Notes: generated from the sequence alone by a model not told the origin. 64,000 nt of DNA from a virus (IMGVR_UViG_3300005758_000017:1-64000), one strand, 5' to 3'. Positions 16,204 to 26,468 are shown, counted from the first letter of the stretch. Translations and numbers: made by a program.

Positions 16204-17982
16204 TTAGTTTATTTCGTTTATTTGTGTATCAGTGTCAAGCATGGTGAACCCATTTTCCTTGACAACCATGAGAACGTTATTGACACGACTTGCCAACTCA
16301 TCTCTGTGCGAGATTAAGAAGATGTTTCGATTCATTTCTCGTCCCATAGCTTTCAAAACAGACATTGAATTTTCAATGCCCACACTATCCATCCCGGAGT
16401 CTACTAACTCATCAATAAACATTAAGTTCATTGGCTCAGTAAAACTCTCATAGACATCTCTAAAACTCCAGCTTAGTGCTAGAATTAAGCGATTTCTTTC
16501 ACCGCGGCTCAAGTTATCAAAGTCGAAACTTTGGCCTAGTTGACTAATATCAACTTCCAAGTCGCTTTTAAAAGTTACTTGGTGCGGTAATTGTAACTTA
16601 TCTAAGTAGTAGCTTAGTCTGTGATTCAAATAAGCTAAATTTTGCTCAATAATGCGTTTTCGGACAAATGAGTCCTTGCTTGTAAGCAATTTTAGCAAGA
16701 AATCTTGGTGCTCAAGCAGTTTGCTTACCCGATTAATTTCGTCCCAGCTAACTTCGGCTAAGGCCGTTTGCTTCATTGCTTCAATTTGCTCTTGATAAGG
16801 ATCTTCTTCGGCGATCCTTGTTTCAAGTTGCTTCTTGATGTTTTCTAGATTGTTTTTGTGGGCCGCCGCATCTTCAACGTTTGCGTACTTTGTACGTGGG
16901 CGTTCTCCAAGCTCACCAATAGTTCTTACAGCCATATCAGCATGAGCCAACATTCCATGCTCTTCTTTTAGTGCATTGACGGTTAGCTCAACAGCTTCTC
17001 TTGCACTAGCACTCATCTTGTCATGCTGAGCATCATGAACATCTTGGCCGCAACTAGGGCAACGATGTTCTAAAATATCAGCAAGGCTCTTTTGTGCAAC
17101 ATTTAACGCCTCTTGCAATTTTTTAACATTGCTCTGACGAGTAGCTAATTCTTTATTGGCTAACTTTAGGCGACTTTCATTTTCTTTGTAGGTTACAAGA
17201 GCACGATGCGCCTCAAGCTCTGCTTCAATATCAGTGCTTTCAAGTTCAGCAATACCAAGTTCAAGGGCCTTAATATCATCAACTTTCTTGGAGGCCCATA
17301 CACGACTACGGCGTTCGAGGTCGTCGATGCTTGTTTGAACACGAGCATTGCTTTCTTGTAGTGCTTTGATTCTAGAATCTTCGTCTCTGATTTGTTCTTT
17401 GCTGGCTTTAATTTGCTCTTTGAGAATGTCAGCCTTTTCACTTAGCTGTGTAATGCCTAGCAGTTCTTCAATGATGTCACGTTGCTCGCCACTTTTCAAA
17501 CTTAAGAAAGGCTGTGTGTAAGTGTTTAGTGCAACAAGATGCTTGAACATTTCAGCACTCATGCCAACTACACGTTCAATAGCTTCTTGTGTAACACGGT
17601 TCTCACCAGCACCCTCGTCGGTGTTTGCTTCGTTTACTTCGTGGTCGTCGACTAAGAAGCGAAGCAAGTTTGGTTTACGACCTCGTTCGATAGTGTACTT
17701 GGCACCATTCTTTTCAAACTCAACAGTAACAAGCATGTTCTTGCTATTTGTCTTGTTAATCAAGTTTTCTTTGCGAATGTTTGTGAGCGCAGAACCATAG
17801 ATAGCATAGGATAGTGCATTAACCATTGTGGTTTTACCTACACCATTGCGGGCACCATCGCCGCCAAGGTCAAGGTTATTGCCTAAGACAAGTGTTAGTC
17901 CATGTCTATCCATACGTAAGCCTTGGGTAACATTACCCACGCTCATAAAGTTCTTAATTGTAAGATTCTTAAACTTAATCAA
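16204..17982 (-). CDS. gp46: Recombination endonuclease ATPase subunit (gp46/SbcC/Rad50)
   Basis: Walker A NGVGKTT, CPSCGQ zinc hook, LSRGE signature, FIDE Walker B and ISH. Confidence 0.96.
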   Translation of the reverse strand: MIKFKNLTIKNFMSVGNVTQGLRMDRHGLTLVLGNNLDLGGDGARNGVGKTTMVNALSYAIYGSALTNIRKENLINKTNSKNMLVTVEFEKNGAKYTIERGRKPNLLRFLVDDHEVNEANTDEGAGENRVTQEAIERVVGMSAEMFKHLVALNTYTQPFLSLKSGEQRDIIEELLGITQLSEKADILKEQIKASKEQIRDEDSRIKALQESNARVQTSIDDLERRSRVWASKKVDDIKALELGIAELESTDIEAELEAHRALVTYKENESRLKLANKELATRQSNVKKLQEALNVAQKSLADILEHRCPSCGQDVHDAQHDKMSASAREAVELTVNALKEEHGMLAHADMAVRTIGELGERPRTKYANVEDAAAHKNNLENIKKQLETRIAEEDPYQEQIEAMKQTALAEVSWDEINRVSKLLEHQDFLLKLLTSKDSFVRKRIIEQNLAYLNHRLSYYLDKLQLPHQVTFKSDLEVDISQLGQSFDFDNLSRGERNRLILALSWSFRDVYESFTEPMNLMFIDELVDSGMDSVGIENSMSVLKAMGREMNRNIFLISHRDELASRVNNVLMVVKENGFTMLDTDTQINEIN

Positions 17983-19001
17983 TGTGTAAGTCCTTGATAA
18001 ATGCTGGTAAGAATTTGTCGATCAATGACATCAGATTCAATTGCCTGGATCTGATTTAGCACAATAGCATCAACAGATTCAAATTGAATCTCACCGCCCG
18101 TCCATTCAGTTGCATGTTCTTCCTTTTTACCAGGAATAAGACTCAACTCTCGCATATTGTATGCTTCGACCCATTGCTCTTTAACATAACTTGCTTCTTC
18201 GTAGCTGATATCTACGTCGATTGTGATTCGAGCAAACGTTTGTGAATCAAACAGTTCGGCATGTCTATCAATTGCCTGCGTTAGTGTTAGTGTTCTGAAC
18301 TTAGGAGCATTAGGCCAGGATCTAAATTCTGGCTCACCGCCGTACTCTAAGAACATACAACCACGCTCGTCGTCCCACGCATCTGCATAATTGTGTGGGA
18401 AGGGATTTCCTAGGTAAACAACGTTTCCTTTGCGTTGGCGTTTGTGAAAGTGCCCGCTAAACACTAGTTCTTGATTAGGAAAGTGTCCAGCATTAAGTCC
18501 ACCGTGATCTGGCATTTCAACCATAGCATTCATTTTAAAGCTTGGAAGTTCAAAATGTCCAAAGACATAACGACTCTTTAGCTTTTTCATTTCTTCCCAT
18601 TCGTCCCCAACTAACCAGGGAACAATAGTCATGTCACCAATAGTGGTAATTTCATCAATGAGATGTACGTTGTCTAAATAACCACCAAAAGGTAGCGAGT
18701 TAATTTCACGCTTTTCACGATATGCAAGATCGTGATTGCCCATAATAATGTACACTTCTTTAAAGTGTTCAGAAAGATATCTGATATTAGAAGTAGTGTA
18801 GTTTAGTGTGCTTACGTTAACAGTGGATCTATTGTTGTGCCAGTCACCAAGAAAGATGCATGTTTCAGCACCTTCTTTCTTGGCTTCTTCAACCATCCAT
18901 TTGATAAAGTTTTCGCAATCGTCATTGTGGCTTCGACTGTTATTACGCAAGCCAAAATGGATATCTGTAAAGCACACGGCTTTATTGAAAGGTTTAGTCA
19001 T
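17979..19001 (-). CDS. gp47: Recombination endonuclease nuclease subunit (gp47/SbcD/Mre11)
   Basis: Metallophosphoesterase motifs TDIHFG, GDWH, GNHD, GHFE and SGHFH. Confidence 0.96.
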   Translation of the reverse strand: MTKPFNKAVCFTDIHFGLRNNSRSHNDDCENFIKWMVEEAKKEGAETCIFLGDWHNNRSTVNVSTLNYTTSNIRYLSEHFKEVYIIMGNHDLAYREKREINSLPFGGYLDNVHLIDEITTIGDMTIVPWLVGDEWEEMKKLKSRYVFGHFELPSFKMNAMVEMPDHGGLNAGHFPNQELVFSGHFHKRQRKGNVVYLGNPFPHNYADAWDDERGCMFLEYGGEPEFRSWPNAPKFRTLTLTQAIDRHAELFDSQTFARITIDVDISYEEASYVKEQWVEAYNMRELSLIPGKKEEHATEWTGGEIQFESVDAIVLNQIQAIESDVIDRQILTSIYQGLTH

Positions 19002-19004
19002 CAG

Positions 19005-19196
19005 TTATTGTAACATTTCTGCAAGGGTATGTCTACACCTGTTGATTTCATCTTTGATGTAGAGCTTTTTCTTTTTCATTTCTTGAACCGTAAGATTGTC
19101 TTTGTATGTTTCTTCCATGGCCTTGACTTTTCGATCCAAGGTATCATGGAGATGCTCCAAATGACTAATATGATTCTTTAAACTATCAACGTGCAT
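19005..19196 (-). CDS. DUF465/YdcH-like small coiled-coil protein
   Basis: HxxLDxxV...MKKKKLYIKDEI pattern. Confidence 0.65.
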   Translation of the reverse strand: MHVDSLKNHISHLEHLHDTLDRKVKAMEETYKDNLTVQEMKKKKLYIKDEINRCRHTLAEMLQ

Positions 19197-19207
19197 ATTG
19201 AACCTCC

Positions 19208-19618
19208 TTACTTTTTAAGGAAGGGCTCCAAATTCGGAGGAGTCCAACCAACTGGTTTCAACACTTTGCCATCTTCTCGCTTGCGAACCTTGCCAGTTTC
19301 TTTATCAACCTTGGCGAAGTTTGTTTTCATAACTTCTTTCCAGCCACCTTCTCCGTTGAAGCCTGCTGAATGGATAGCACCAATAGTAACAACTAAAATG
19401 TCTAATAATGCATCTAATGTTTCAACAGGATCAGAAGGTCTAATTTGTTCCCCAGTTACTGGATCAATTCCGTGCGCCTCTTGCAACTCGTTAAATTCTT
19501 CTTTGATAAGGTTTAGGTACATCTTAAATTGATCATAGTTTGAACCGTCAACCGATTGGTCGCAGGCTAGCATAAATTTTTCTTGATCGCGGAACGGATT
19601 AGTCATTTGTGGGCTCAC
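19208..19618 (-). CDS. MazG-like / PRA-PH family nucleoside triphosphate pyrophosphohydrolase
   Basis: Motifs LIKEEFNEL, ETLDALLDILVV, EVMKTNFAK and REDGKVLKP.GW.PP. Confidence 0.88.
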   Translation of the reverse strand: MSPQMTNPFRDQEKFMLACDQSVDGSNYDQFKMYLNLIKEEFNELQEAHGIDPVTGEQIRPSDPVETLDALLDILVVTIGAIHSAGFNGEGGWKEVMKTNFAKVDKETGKVRKREDGKVLKPVGWTPPNLEPFLKK

Positions 19619-20552
19619 TATCTTCTACTAGGACTTCTTCTTGACCCTCGGGGGCAACTTCGACATCCTTAAGTGCATTAAGTCTTTCAATTTCTGCAAT
19701 ATGTGCTTGTTGATGTTCCATCTGACGTGTCCAGCTTGGCATTTGACCAGAGTCTTGTAGCAAGTCATCTCGAATATCGCGCTGACGTTTTTCTACGTTT
19801 AGAACACGGGTAAAGGAGTTAGTAACTGCGGCAGTATAATAAGCAAATGGGTTTTGTGATTTGCCTTCGTCAAACTGTAGTGCAATTTGTGTAAGCTGAA
19901 TAAGAGCTTGACCGCGCATTTCGTCTACATAAGAATAGCCACGCCAGTTACTTCGTAAGCTATAGCGTTCGCATAGCTTTAAGAACATGGCACCTAAACG
20001 ATTTGTAATCTGTCCATGGTCAACATCAAATTCGCCTGTTTGTAAATTGCCACGCCAGTGACTACGAAGAACCTCACGCCATGAGCCATCATCGTTTTGT
20101 ACAAAATGCTTGAACGGTGGAAAGTTTACTTTGCTTCTGTGGTCAGCAAGACTCTTGGGATTGTTCTTGCGACCAGGTTCAAGTGGAATATGCTCCCAGG
20201 TCATTAATCTAACAACTAAATCTGTTACAGGAATTTTTTTAGGGTTAACTTCAAATTCGTCTGCTTTTGGTTTAGTACTAGCCTTGCCACCGGTGGCTTC
20301 CCATTCTGCCAATGCCGCTTGGTGCGCCTGTGCTTGTAGTCTTGCGGCTCTTGCTTCTCGGGCCAGGTTAACAGCACCCTCGGGACACGCCTTTGTTTTC
20401 CTATTATGAAAGCTTTTAAGATCAGATACAATGTAGTCGTATTGTTGAAATTCGGGGCTTTCTACCCAACAGTAAGTCATTTTACTTCTGTGAATCTCTG
20501 CAAGAATGTCCTTATTCTTAAGATATATTGTTTTTGTTTTTTCTTCCGTCAC
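19599..20552 (-). CDS. gp55: Late-transcription sigma factor, T4 gp55-like
   Basis: Motifs YLKNKDILAEI, NWRGYSYVDEM and FDEGKSQNPFAYYT...NSF; GTG start with an AAGGAG SD. Confidence 0.88.
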   Translation of the reverse strand: MTEEKTKTIYLKNKDILAEIHRSKMTYCWVESPEFQQYDYIVSDLKSFHNRKTKACPEGAVNLAREARAARLQAQAHQAALAEWEATGGKASTKPKADEFEVNPKKIPVTDLVVRLMTWEHIPLEPGRKNNPKSLADHRSKVNFPPFKHFVQNDDGSWREVLRSHWRGNLQTGEFDVDHGQITNRLGAMFLKLCERYSLRSNWRGYSYVDEMRGQALIQLTQIALQFDEGKSQNPFAYYTAAVTNSFTRVLNVEKRQRDIRDDLLQDSGQMPSWTRQMEHQQAHIAEIERLNALKDVEVAPEGQEEVLVEDSEPTND

Positions 20553-20572
20553 GTGGCTAACTCCTTCTGTTT

Positions 20573-20601
20573 AGTATAGCACGGTTTGACAATCTTGTCA
20601 A
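20573..20601 (-). promoter_or_regulatory. Consensus sigma70 promoter for gp55 operon
   Basis: TTGACA-N17-TATACT. The -35 box lies in the palindrome TTGACAA-TC-TTGTCAA (20586-20601). Confidence 0.85.
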
Positions 20602-20629
20602 CGGTAAAGTACGCAGATAATGAAAACGG

Positions 20630-20635
20630 TAAATA
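20630..20635 (+). promoter_or_regulatory. Late promoter motif TAAATA-N5-ATG
   Basis: Sequence CGGTAAATAGCTATATG. Confidence 0.7.
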
Positions 20636-20640
20636 GCTAT

Positions 20641-21291
20641 ATGAAGATCAATGACCTTAAGCCTAGAGTTATAGCCGTGTATGCCGGCCGTTTCCATCCT
20701 TTTCATCATGGACATGCTGGTGTATTCCAAGATTTGGCCTCTAAATTTGGCATTGACAATACTTACATCACAACCAGTGGCAAGGTTGAGCCAGAAAGCA
20801 GTCCATTTTCTTTTGCAGAAAAGCAGTTGATGATGCAGGCAGCAGGCGTACCAGCTAGTCACGTGATTGAAGAAACGGTGCCATATTCTCCAAAGATTTT
20901 ACCCGGACAATTAGGGCTAGATCCAAACAGAGATGTGCTTGTTTTTGGTGTTGGACAAAAGGATATGACAACAGACCCTAGGTTTTCTTTTGCGCCTTTA
21001 AAAGACGGAACACCTAGTTACTTTCAAAAATGGACAGGCAAAAATCTAATGCCATTTAACAACGGCAAGGCACCAGATGGACAGCGAGCAGGGCATGGTT
21101 ACATCTATCCTGTGGCCGATGTACAGTTTAAGATTGCAGGTAGTACGATTAATAGTGCAAGTCAGATTCGCAATCTTTATAAGTCTGCAACTGACGCAGG
21201 CAAGGAAAGCATTTTGAAAGAGTTATATCCAAATGCCAACGATGCTATTCTAAATCGCATTAAGAAAATTTTTGATAAAAAGTTAGGATAA
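20641..21291 (+). CDS. HIGH-motif (cytidylyltransferase-like) nucleotidyltransferase
   Basis: VYAGRFHPFHHGH followed by a SPFSFAEK pattern. The start is moved to 20641, behind the late motif. Confidence 0.75.
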   Translation: MKINDLKPRVIAVYAGRFHPFHHGHAGVFQDLASKFGIDNTYITTSGKVEPESSPFSFAEKQLMMQAAGVPASHVIEETVPYSPKILPGQLGLDPNRDVLVFGVGQKDMTTDPRFSFAPLKDGTPSYFQKWTGKNLMPFNNGKAPDGQRAGHGYIYPVADVQFKIAGSTINSASQIRNLYKSATDAGKESILKELYPNANDAILNRIKKIFDKKLG

Positions 21292-21294
21292 CAC

Positions 21295-21915
21295 ATGGCA
21301 AATATTTCGGATCAAGTAACACTTACATTTAAGGCGTTTGAAAACATGACAGACGCAAGCGGCAGAATGAATGCCAACAGCGATCCTCGATCAGCAACCA
21401 AGGGAACAATGAATACTATCACTTGGCCAAGCACGCCGAAGATCAGTCAAACGATTGAAGTTAATTATCAAACCTGGGAATTGCAACACACTAACTATCA
21501 ACCAAGTGCATTTGGTAATAGAAGTACACCAACTGTTACAATTTCAGGACAATGGTTTAGCAGGGACGAAGAAGAAGCCAAGCGCACACTAAATGCTATT
21601 CATCTTTTAAGAAGCGCAACAAGCATGTACTATGGCAGAGCAGATAGTAAAAAAGGTACACCGCCACCAATTGGAAGATTGAACGCCTTTGGTTTGTACA
21701 ACAACACCCCTGTAGTTGTAAAAACATTTCAATATGATTTCCCTAACGATGTAGACTATGTTTCGGTAGATATGTTCAATGGCAAACAAGCTGTGCCGGT
21801 CTTGTTTGAAATGAGCGTTTCGTTGATTATTCAAGTCAACAGTATAGAGGCTGTAAAAGAGTATTCATTGAGCAAATTTGTTAGTGGCGACTTGCTTGGA
21901 AAGGGCTACGTATGA
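21295..21915 (+). CDS. Tail tube initiator / baseplate protein (gp48/gp54/P2-U-like)
   Basis: 206 aa. Motifs TVTISGQW, LRSATSMYYG...GTPPP and YDFPNDVDYV; located in the baseplate operon. Confidence 0.6.
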   Translation: MANISDQVTLTFKAFENMTDASGRMNANSDPRSATKGTMNTITWPSTPKISQTIEVNYQTWELQHTNYQPSAFGNRSTPTVTISGQWFSRDEEEAKRTLNAIHLLRSATSMYYGRADSKKGTPPPIGRLNAFGLYNNTPVVVKTFQYDFPNDVDYVSVDMFNGKQAVPVLFEMSVSLIIQVNSIEAVKEYSLSKFVSGDLLGKGYV

Positions 21916-22208
21916 CAACAGGCGTTAACCAATATTCACAAACAGAAATTACAGATTTTTATTTGGACCTAGCAAAACTTCCAACCGCTTCTGAGTTGCT
22001 TGACGGCAGACAAGCTCAATATATAACTGTAGAGCCAAGGTTTCAGTATAGAATGGACCTACTAAGTTACAGCTTGTATGGTAACAGCAAATATTGGTGG
22101 GTCATTGCATTGTTGAACAGGAATCAAATTCAAGATCCTATTAGAGATTTAAAATCAGGAATGGTAATTCGCGTACTAGCCCCTGGCGATATCAAGAGGA
22201 TAGTATAA
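21912..22208 (+). CDS. Baseplate wedge protein, gp53/tail-X-like
   Basis: RMDLLSYSLYGNSKYWWVIALLN motif. Confidence 0.8.
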   Translation: MTTGVNQYSQTEITDFYLDLAKLPTASELLDGRQAQYITVEPRFQYRMDLLSYSLYGNSKYWWVIALLNRNQIQDPIRDLKSGMVIRVLAPGDIKRIV

Positions 22209-22209
22209 T

Positions 22210-24285
22210 ATGGCATTGACCAAACCAACGCATCTGGACGACGTCGGAGTTCCAGATGTTGTTTATAACCCTTTATCAAACTATCGTAATGTTACCTATA
22301 ATACTAGGTTAACAATGATGCCAGTGACTGAGGCAAAAATGTCTAGGCCTCAAAGATCATACGATTACAAAAACGGTTATATTATGTGGGAAACAGGTGG
22401 CACTGGCACTACCTATTTAGAAGAACTGACTATCGAAACAGTTGGAACAGGTAACAAAACAGGAAATTATGCCATGCAACAGCATCACCTGTTTACTGGC
22501 AAGTTGGTTGAACCACTTGGTGGTCGATTCATTGAATCCCTGTCATTGGCTGCAATGGCTAGTGGTTATGAAAATAACGATGGTGCAGTTTATCTTTTAG
22601 AGATCATGTTCAAGGGCTACGAAAGCGATTCAGACACTCCAGTTGACTGTGTTGGTTGGGGCGGCGAGCCTATGCACTTTTGTTACTACGTTCGTATCAA
22701 GACTTTAAAAATGAAACTTGATTATAAAGGTAGTGTGTATGATTTTGAAATGTATCCTGACCTTGGCGCCGCAGGACATAGCGATCATATGAACTTGGAA
22801 CAAGGCTTCCGCATGGACGGTCGCCCTAATACAATTGGAGATTTTTGTAAGCAACTTGAAAAGGCTTTGAATAAGCGTGAAGCAGAAAAAGTTTCTGCAG
22901 GACTTAGAGAAATACCACACCAGTATACAATTACAGCACACAAAGACATTGCTGGTTTAAAATATGAATATAGTTTCTTTAGCGATGTGACACACCTGTG
23001 GGGTATGCGTAAGGGCGAGATTCAAGTTGAAGCAGGAACTACTATTCACGCTTTCATTGGCAATAGCTTGCCTAATAGTCAAGATGTATTAAAATTTTTA
23101 CATAGAGTCAATGATGGTAAAAAAGAATACAACAATCCTGATACTAAAAAGGGAACAATCAATAAGCCAGCAAGACATTTTAGTGTAATCTGTGGTGCCA
23201 AGAATACAGGAAAGTATGACAAGAAGCTTGGTGGTTATGCCGAAGACGTTCACTTTTTCTTGACAACAAAAGAAGATGCTAAAACTGTTATTAGCCCGCA
23301 AGAATACAAAGACGCCACAGAACAAAGTCAACGTGATGGTCGTGTAAACTACTGGATTAGCAAAGGCTTATTGCGTAAAGTTTACAAGTGGATTTACACA
23401 GGCGAAAACACAGAAGTTATTAATTGCGATATTAAATTAGATTACCTGTGGCGAAATGTTCGCCCAATGTGGATTGATGAAGAAGGTAAACCCGTTGGTC
23501 CAATGTCTTCACCTAGAACAGCGCATGAGCCTCCTGCAGGCAGGTCTACAGGACAAACTGGTAAAGGCCAAGGGCCAAAAGGAGCGCAAGGCACAGGCAA
23601 CAGCGGCGGCGGCACAAGTGCTAACTTTTCAAATGTTGGCGGAAAATATGCCGAAGATTTACCTTATAGAAGTAGTGCCCCGACTAGTAAATTCTTCCCT
23701 CACATGCCTCGCTATTATCATATGAACATTACCGTAAACGCTAAATCAGAGCAAGCGGCACTGAACCCAGAGAACGCAATGGAATATAGCATTTACAAAC
23801 AGCTTGGTAATAGCATGGGCGGCGGAGAAGCTGATATGAATACTATTAGCATGGAAGTTGTTGGTGACCCATACTGGCTAATGCAAATTCCAGGAACCCC
23901 ACCTTGGGAAGATGATGTCTGGGAATATGAAGCAGGGTTAACAGAAGAAAAATTAGCAGAGAAGCGTAAAAAGACAGCAAGTCATAACTGGCTACCTTTC
24001 ATATATTTTGAAGCGGTCGTACCGGCAGCCGATTGGGCATCCGACGACACAATGAATATTAGACATAGTGATACAATCTCTGGAGTTTACTCTGCTAAAA
24101 AAGTTGTTAACAGATTTAGCAAAGGAAAGTTTACAACAACATTAGATTGTTTTAGAGACAACCTAAGCAACCCGTACGGCGGCAAGAAATCACAATCAAG
24201 TAGCTTTACACCAGCAAGTAGTGGATCCGCATCTAGTAAGGGACCACAAAATGCTGGCATGAATAGCAATGGAGGTAAGCCATGA
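22210..24285 (+). CDS. Baseplate hub-type structural protein (gp27/late control D-like)
   Basis: 691 aa, with VVGDPYW and SGVYSAKKVVNRFSKGKFTTTL; directly upstream of gp5. Confidence 0.6.
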   Translation: MALTKPTHLDDVGVPDVVYNPLSNYRNVTYNTRLTMMPVTEAKMSRPQRSYDYKNGYIMWETGGTGTTYLEELTIETVGTGNKTGNYAMQQHHLFTGKLVEPLGGRFIESLSLAAMASGYENNDGAVYLLEIMFKGYESDSDTPVDCVGWGGEPMHFCYYVRIKTLKMKLDYKGSVYDFEMYPDLGAAGHSDHMNLEQGFRMDGRPNTIGDFCKQLEKALNKREAEKVSAGLREIPHQYTITAHKDIAGLKYEYSFFSDVTHLWGMRKGEIQVEAGTTIHAFIGNSLPNSQDVLKFLHRVNDGKKEYNNPDTKKGTINKPARHFSVICGAKNTGKYDKKLGGYAEDVHFFLTTKEDAKTVISPQEYKDATEQSQRDGRVNYWISKGLLRKVYKWIYTGENTEVINCDIKLDYLWRNVRPMWIDEEGKPVGPMSSPRTAHEPPAGRSTGQTGKGQGPKGAQGTGNSGGGTSANFSNVGGKYAEDLPYRSSAPTSKFFPHMPRYYHMNITVNAKSEQAALNPENAMEYSIYKQLGNSMGGGEADMNTISMEVVGDPYWLMQIPGTPPWEDDVWEYEAGLTEEKLAEKRKKTASHNWLPFIYFEAVVPAADWASDDTMNIRHSDTISGVYSAKKVVNRFSKGKFTTTLDCFRDNLSNPYGGKKSQSSSFTPASSGSASSKGPQNAGMNSNGGKP

Positions 24286-26468
24286 AATCAAATTCAGCAG
24301 GTGGCCGCCCAGACCACATGAAAGCCGGTAGCGGCGGCTCCAATAAACAACTAGGTATATTTTTAGGAAAAGTAAAAGACAACGTAGACCCAGAAGGTTT
24401 AGGTCGCATTAGAGTGTGGATTGCACAACTAGGATCAGCTAGTGAAGCAGATGAATCTAGTTGGTTTACAATGAGATACTGCCCTCCGTTTGCAGGAGCT
24501 CAAGCTGAAAAGAAAGAATCACGTTCTACATCTGCAACGTCATTGCCTGAAACAAATCAAAGCTATGGTTTCTGGGCAGTTCCGCCCGACAAAGATGTTT
24601 ATGTTATTTGCGGATTTATTAACGGCGAATCGCACCAAGGCATTTGGTGGGCTTGCCTTCCACACGATGGCCACACACATTCATTGCCTGGTATTGCCAG
24701 CGGATCGACACACAAAGGTGAAATTAAAGTTGTAAGCGAAAGAAACCGTTATAACTCAACTGACCCTCAAAAACAAAACAGACCCAAGCACTTCCAACAA
24801 GAAGTATTAGCAAGGCAGGGACTTGAAAAAGACTTGCGCCGTGGACACACTAATGCAGGACCGTTTAGGGATAAAGATAAACACCCAGGCCATGCTTATG
24901 GCTTTGTTTCTCCTGCACAGCATAGTTTACTAATTGACGATGGTCCCAACGGTAAGACTGGTGGCCAGATTAGATTAAGAACACGTTCTGGTAATACAAT
25001 TTTAATGAACAATGACGAAGGCTTTATCTATATGATAAATGCCAATGGATCTGCGTGGTTCCAAATGGATTCCGCAGGAAACGTTGACTTTTATTGCCAA
25101 GGCGATTTTAGCGTACATACTGAAGGAAGCGTAAACTTCCGCGCCGACAACAATATTAACCTTGAAGCCGAAAAGGGCATTAATATGAAGTCAGGCGATG
25201 ACACACGAATGGAGTCAACTGATGGCAAGATGCAATTAACAGGCAATCAAGATGTAAACATTACGTCAGAGAAAAATGTTAATATTTTTGCCGATAGCCA
25301 AATTAAAGAAACTGCACAACGTATCGACTTAAACGGCCCACCGGCTGATAGAGCAGACTGTCCAGGAACTAACTCACTTATTACCAATGCAAAAATTGGA
25401 AAGAGTGTAGCAAGCCGTGTGCCTGAAGCAGAACCTTATGGTGGGCATACTGCACTTAATGGCGGCGAAGCGATTAGTGTCCCGGCAGGAGTTGTTGACA
25501 GTACACTAGGTAATCATCAAATTACCCCAGCAGACATTGAAGGCGACACACCAGGACAGCCAAATGGCGATCCAGCAGTCCCTCCGCTGACAAACGCTGA
25601 AGATTGTGTTCCTGAAGTAACTCAAAGCACTTTAAGCGAAGAAGGCTTTAAGCTAATGAAGAGTCGCGAAGCTTATCGAGGTATGATGTATAGCGATTTC
25701 CAGGGATATAGCGTAGGCTATGGCACACGAGTTGACATCTTTGGACCCGATAATCCAAATAGTAAGATTGACGCCAACTTAAAGAAAGCATTGTTGGCGG
25801 GCCCAAGCGAAGCAGAAGCACGTTTAGCAAGTAGACAAATTGTCGACAGACACATGGCGCCTAGCGTTATTGCCGCCCTGGAAAAAGCAAAAAAAGAAGC
25901 TGGCAGACAGGTGTGTATCACCCAAGCTCAAATTGATGCCCTAATCATGGCAGCATATGGTAGTCCTGTGGTAGCAAGACAAATGGCAGAAGCTTTAGTT
26001 AAAGATGCTGCCGCAAGTCCAGACGGCAAAGCAACTAAACAAGGTATTGCCAAAATTTGGGCAAATGCCGGTTATTCTAATAGTGCTAGCCAACGTAGCA
26101 GTGAAGCAAACTACGCCATATATGGCAAGCCTAATGCTGACGCTAGAAACATGACGCAAGATCAACTTCGAGAAAAAGGTCTAGCATCCGACGAAGCCGC
26201 AGTCAAAACAAATAAAGCTAGAAACCCACAAACTCCTTGGACAAGGTCGCTTGGAAACGGCCCTGGCGGCGGCGAAAGGGTTGATGCCGCATACGGCCCA
26301 CCAACGCCAACACAAGCCGCACAATGGGAAAGAAGTGCTTATTTGAATACTGGTAAAGTACCACATGGTGTAAATTTAACATTACAACAGTTAAAAGACA
26401 AATACGGTCCTCCGCACATTGGAGGAAATTATCCGCCTGGCACACCAGCACCTCCAACACAAGCATAA
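24282..26468 (+). CDS. gp5: Baseplate spike gp5-like protein with a C-terminal lysozyme-like domain
   Basis: OB-fold GKVKDNVDPEGLGRIRVWI, beta-helix region (IRLRTRSG...GNVD) and a GH24-like LSEEGFKLMKSREAY...YSDFQGYSVGYG. Confidence 0.85.
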   Translation: MKSNSAGGRPDHMKAGSGGSNKQLGIFLGKVKDNVDPEGLGRIRVWIAQLGSASEADESSWFTMRYCPPFAGAQAEKKESRSTSATSLPETNQSYGFWAVPPDKDVYVICGFINGESHQGIWWACLPHDGHTHSLPGIASGSTHKGEIKVVSERNRYNSTDPQKQNRPKHFQQEVLARQGLEKDLRRGHTNAGPFRDKDKHPGHAYGFVSPAQHSLLIDDGPNGKTGGQIRLRTRSGNTILMNNDEGFIYMINANGSAWFQMDSAGNVDFYCQGDFSVHTEGSVNFRADNNINLEAEKGINMKSGDDTRMESTDGKMQLTGNQDVNITSEKNVNIFADSQIKETAQRIDLNGPPADRADCPGTNSLITNAKIGKSVASRVPEAEPYGGHTALNGGEAISVPAGVVDSTLGNHQITPADIEGDTPGQPNGDPAVPPLTNAEDCVPEVTQSTLSEEGFKLMKSREAYRGMMYSDFQGYSVGYGTRVDIFGPDNPNSKIDANLKKALLAGPSEAEARLASRQIVDRHMAPSVIAALEKAKKEAGRQVCITQAQIDALIMAAYGSPVVARQMAEALVKDAAASPDGKATKQGIAKIWANAGYSNSASQRSSEANYAIYGKPNADARNMTQDQLREKGLASDEAAVKTNKARNPQTPWTRSLGNGPGGGERVDAAYGPPTPTQAAQWERSAYLNTGKVPHGVNLTLQQLKDKYGPPHIGGNYPPGTPAPPTQA

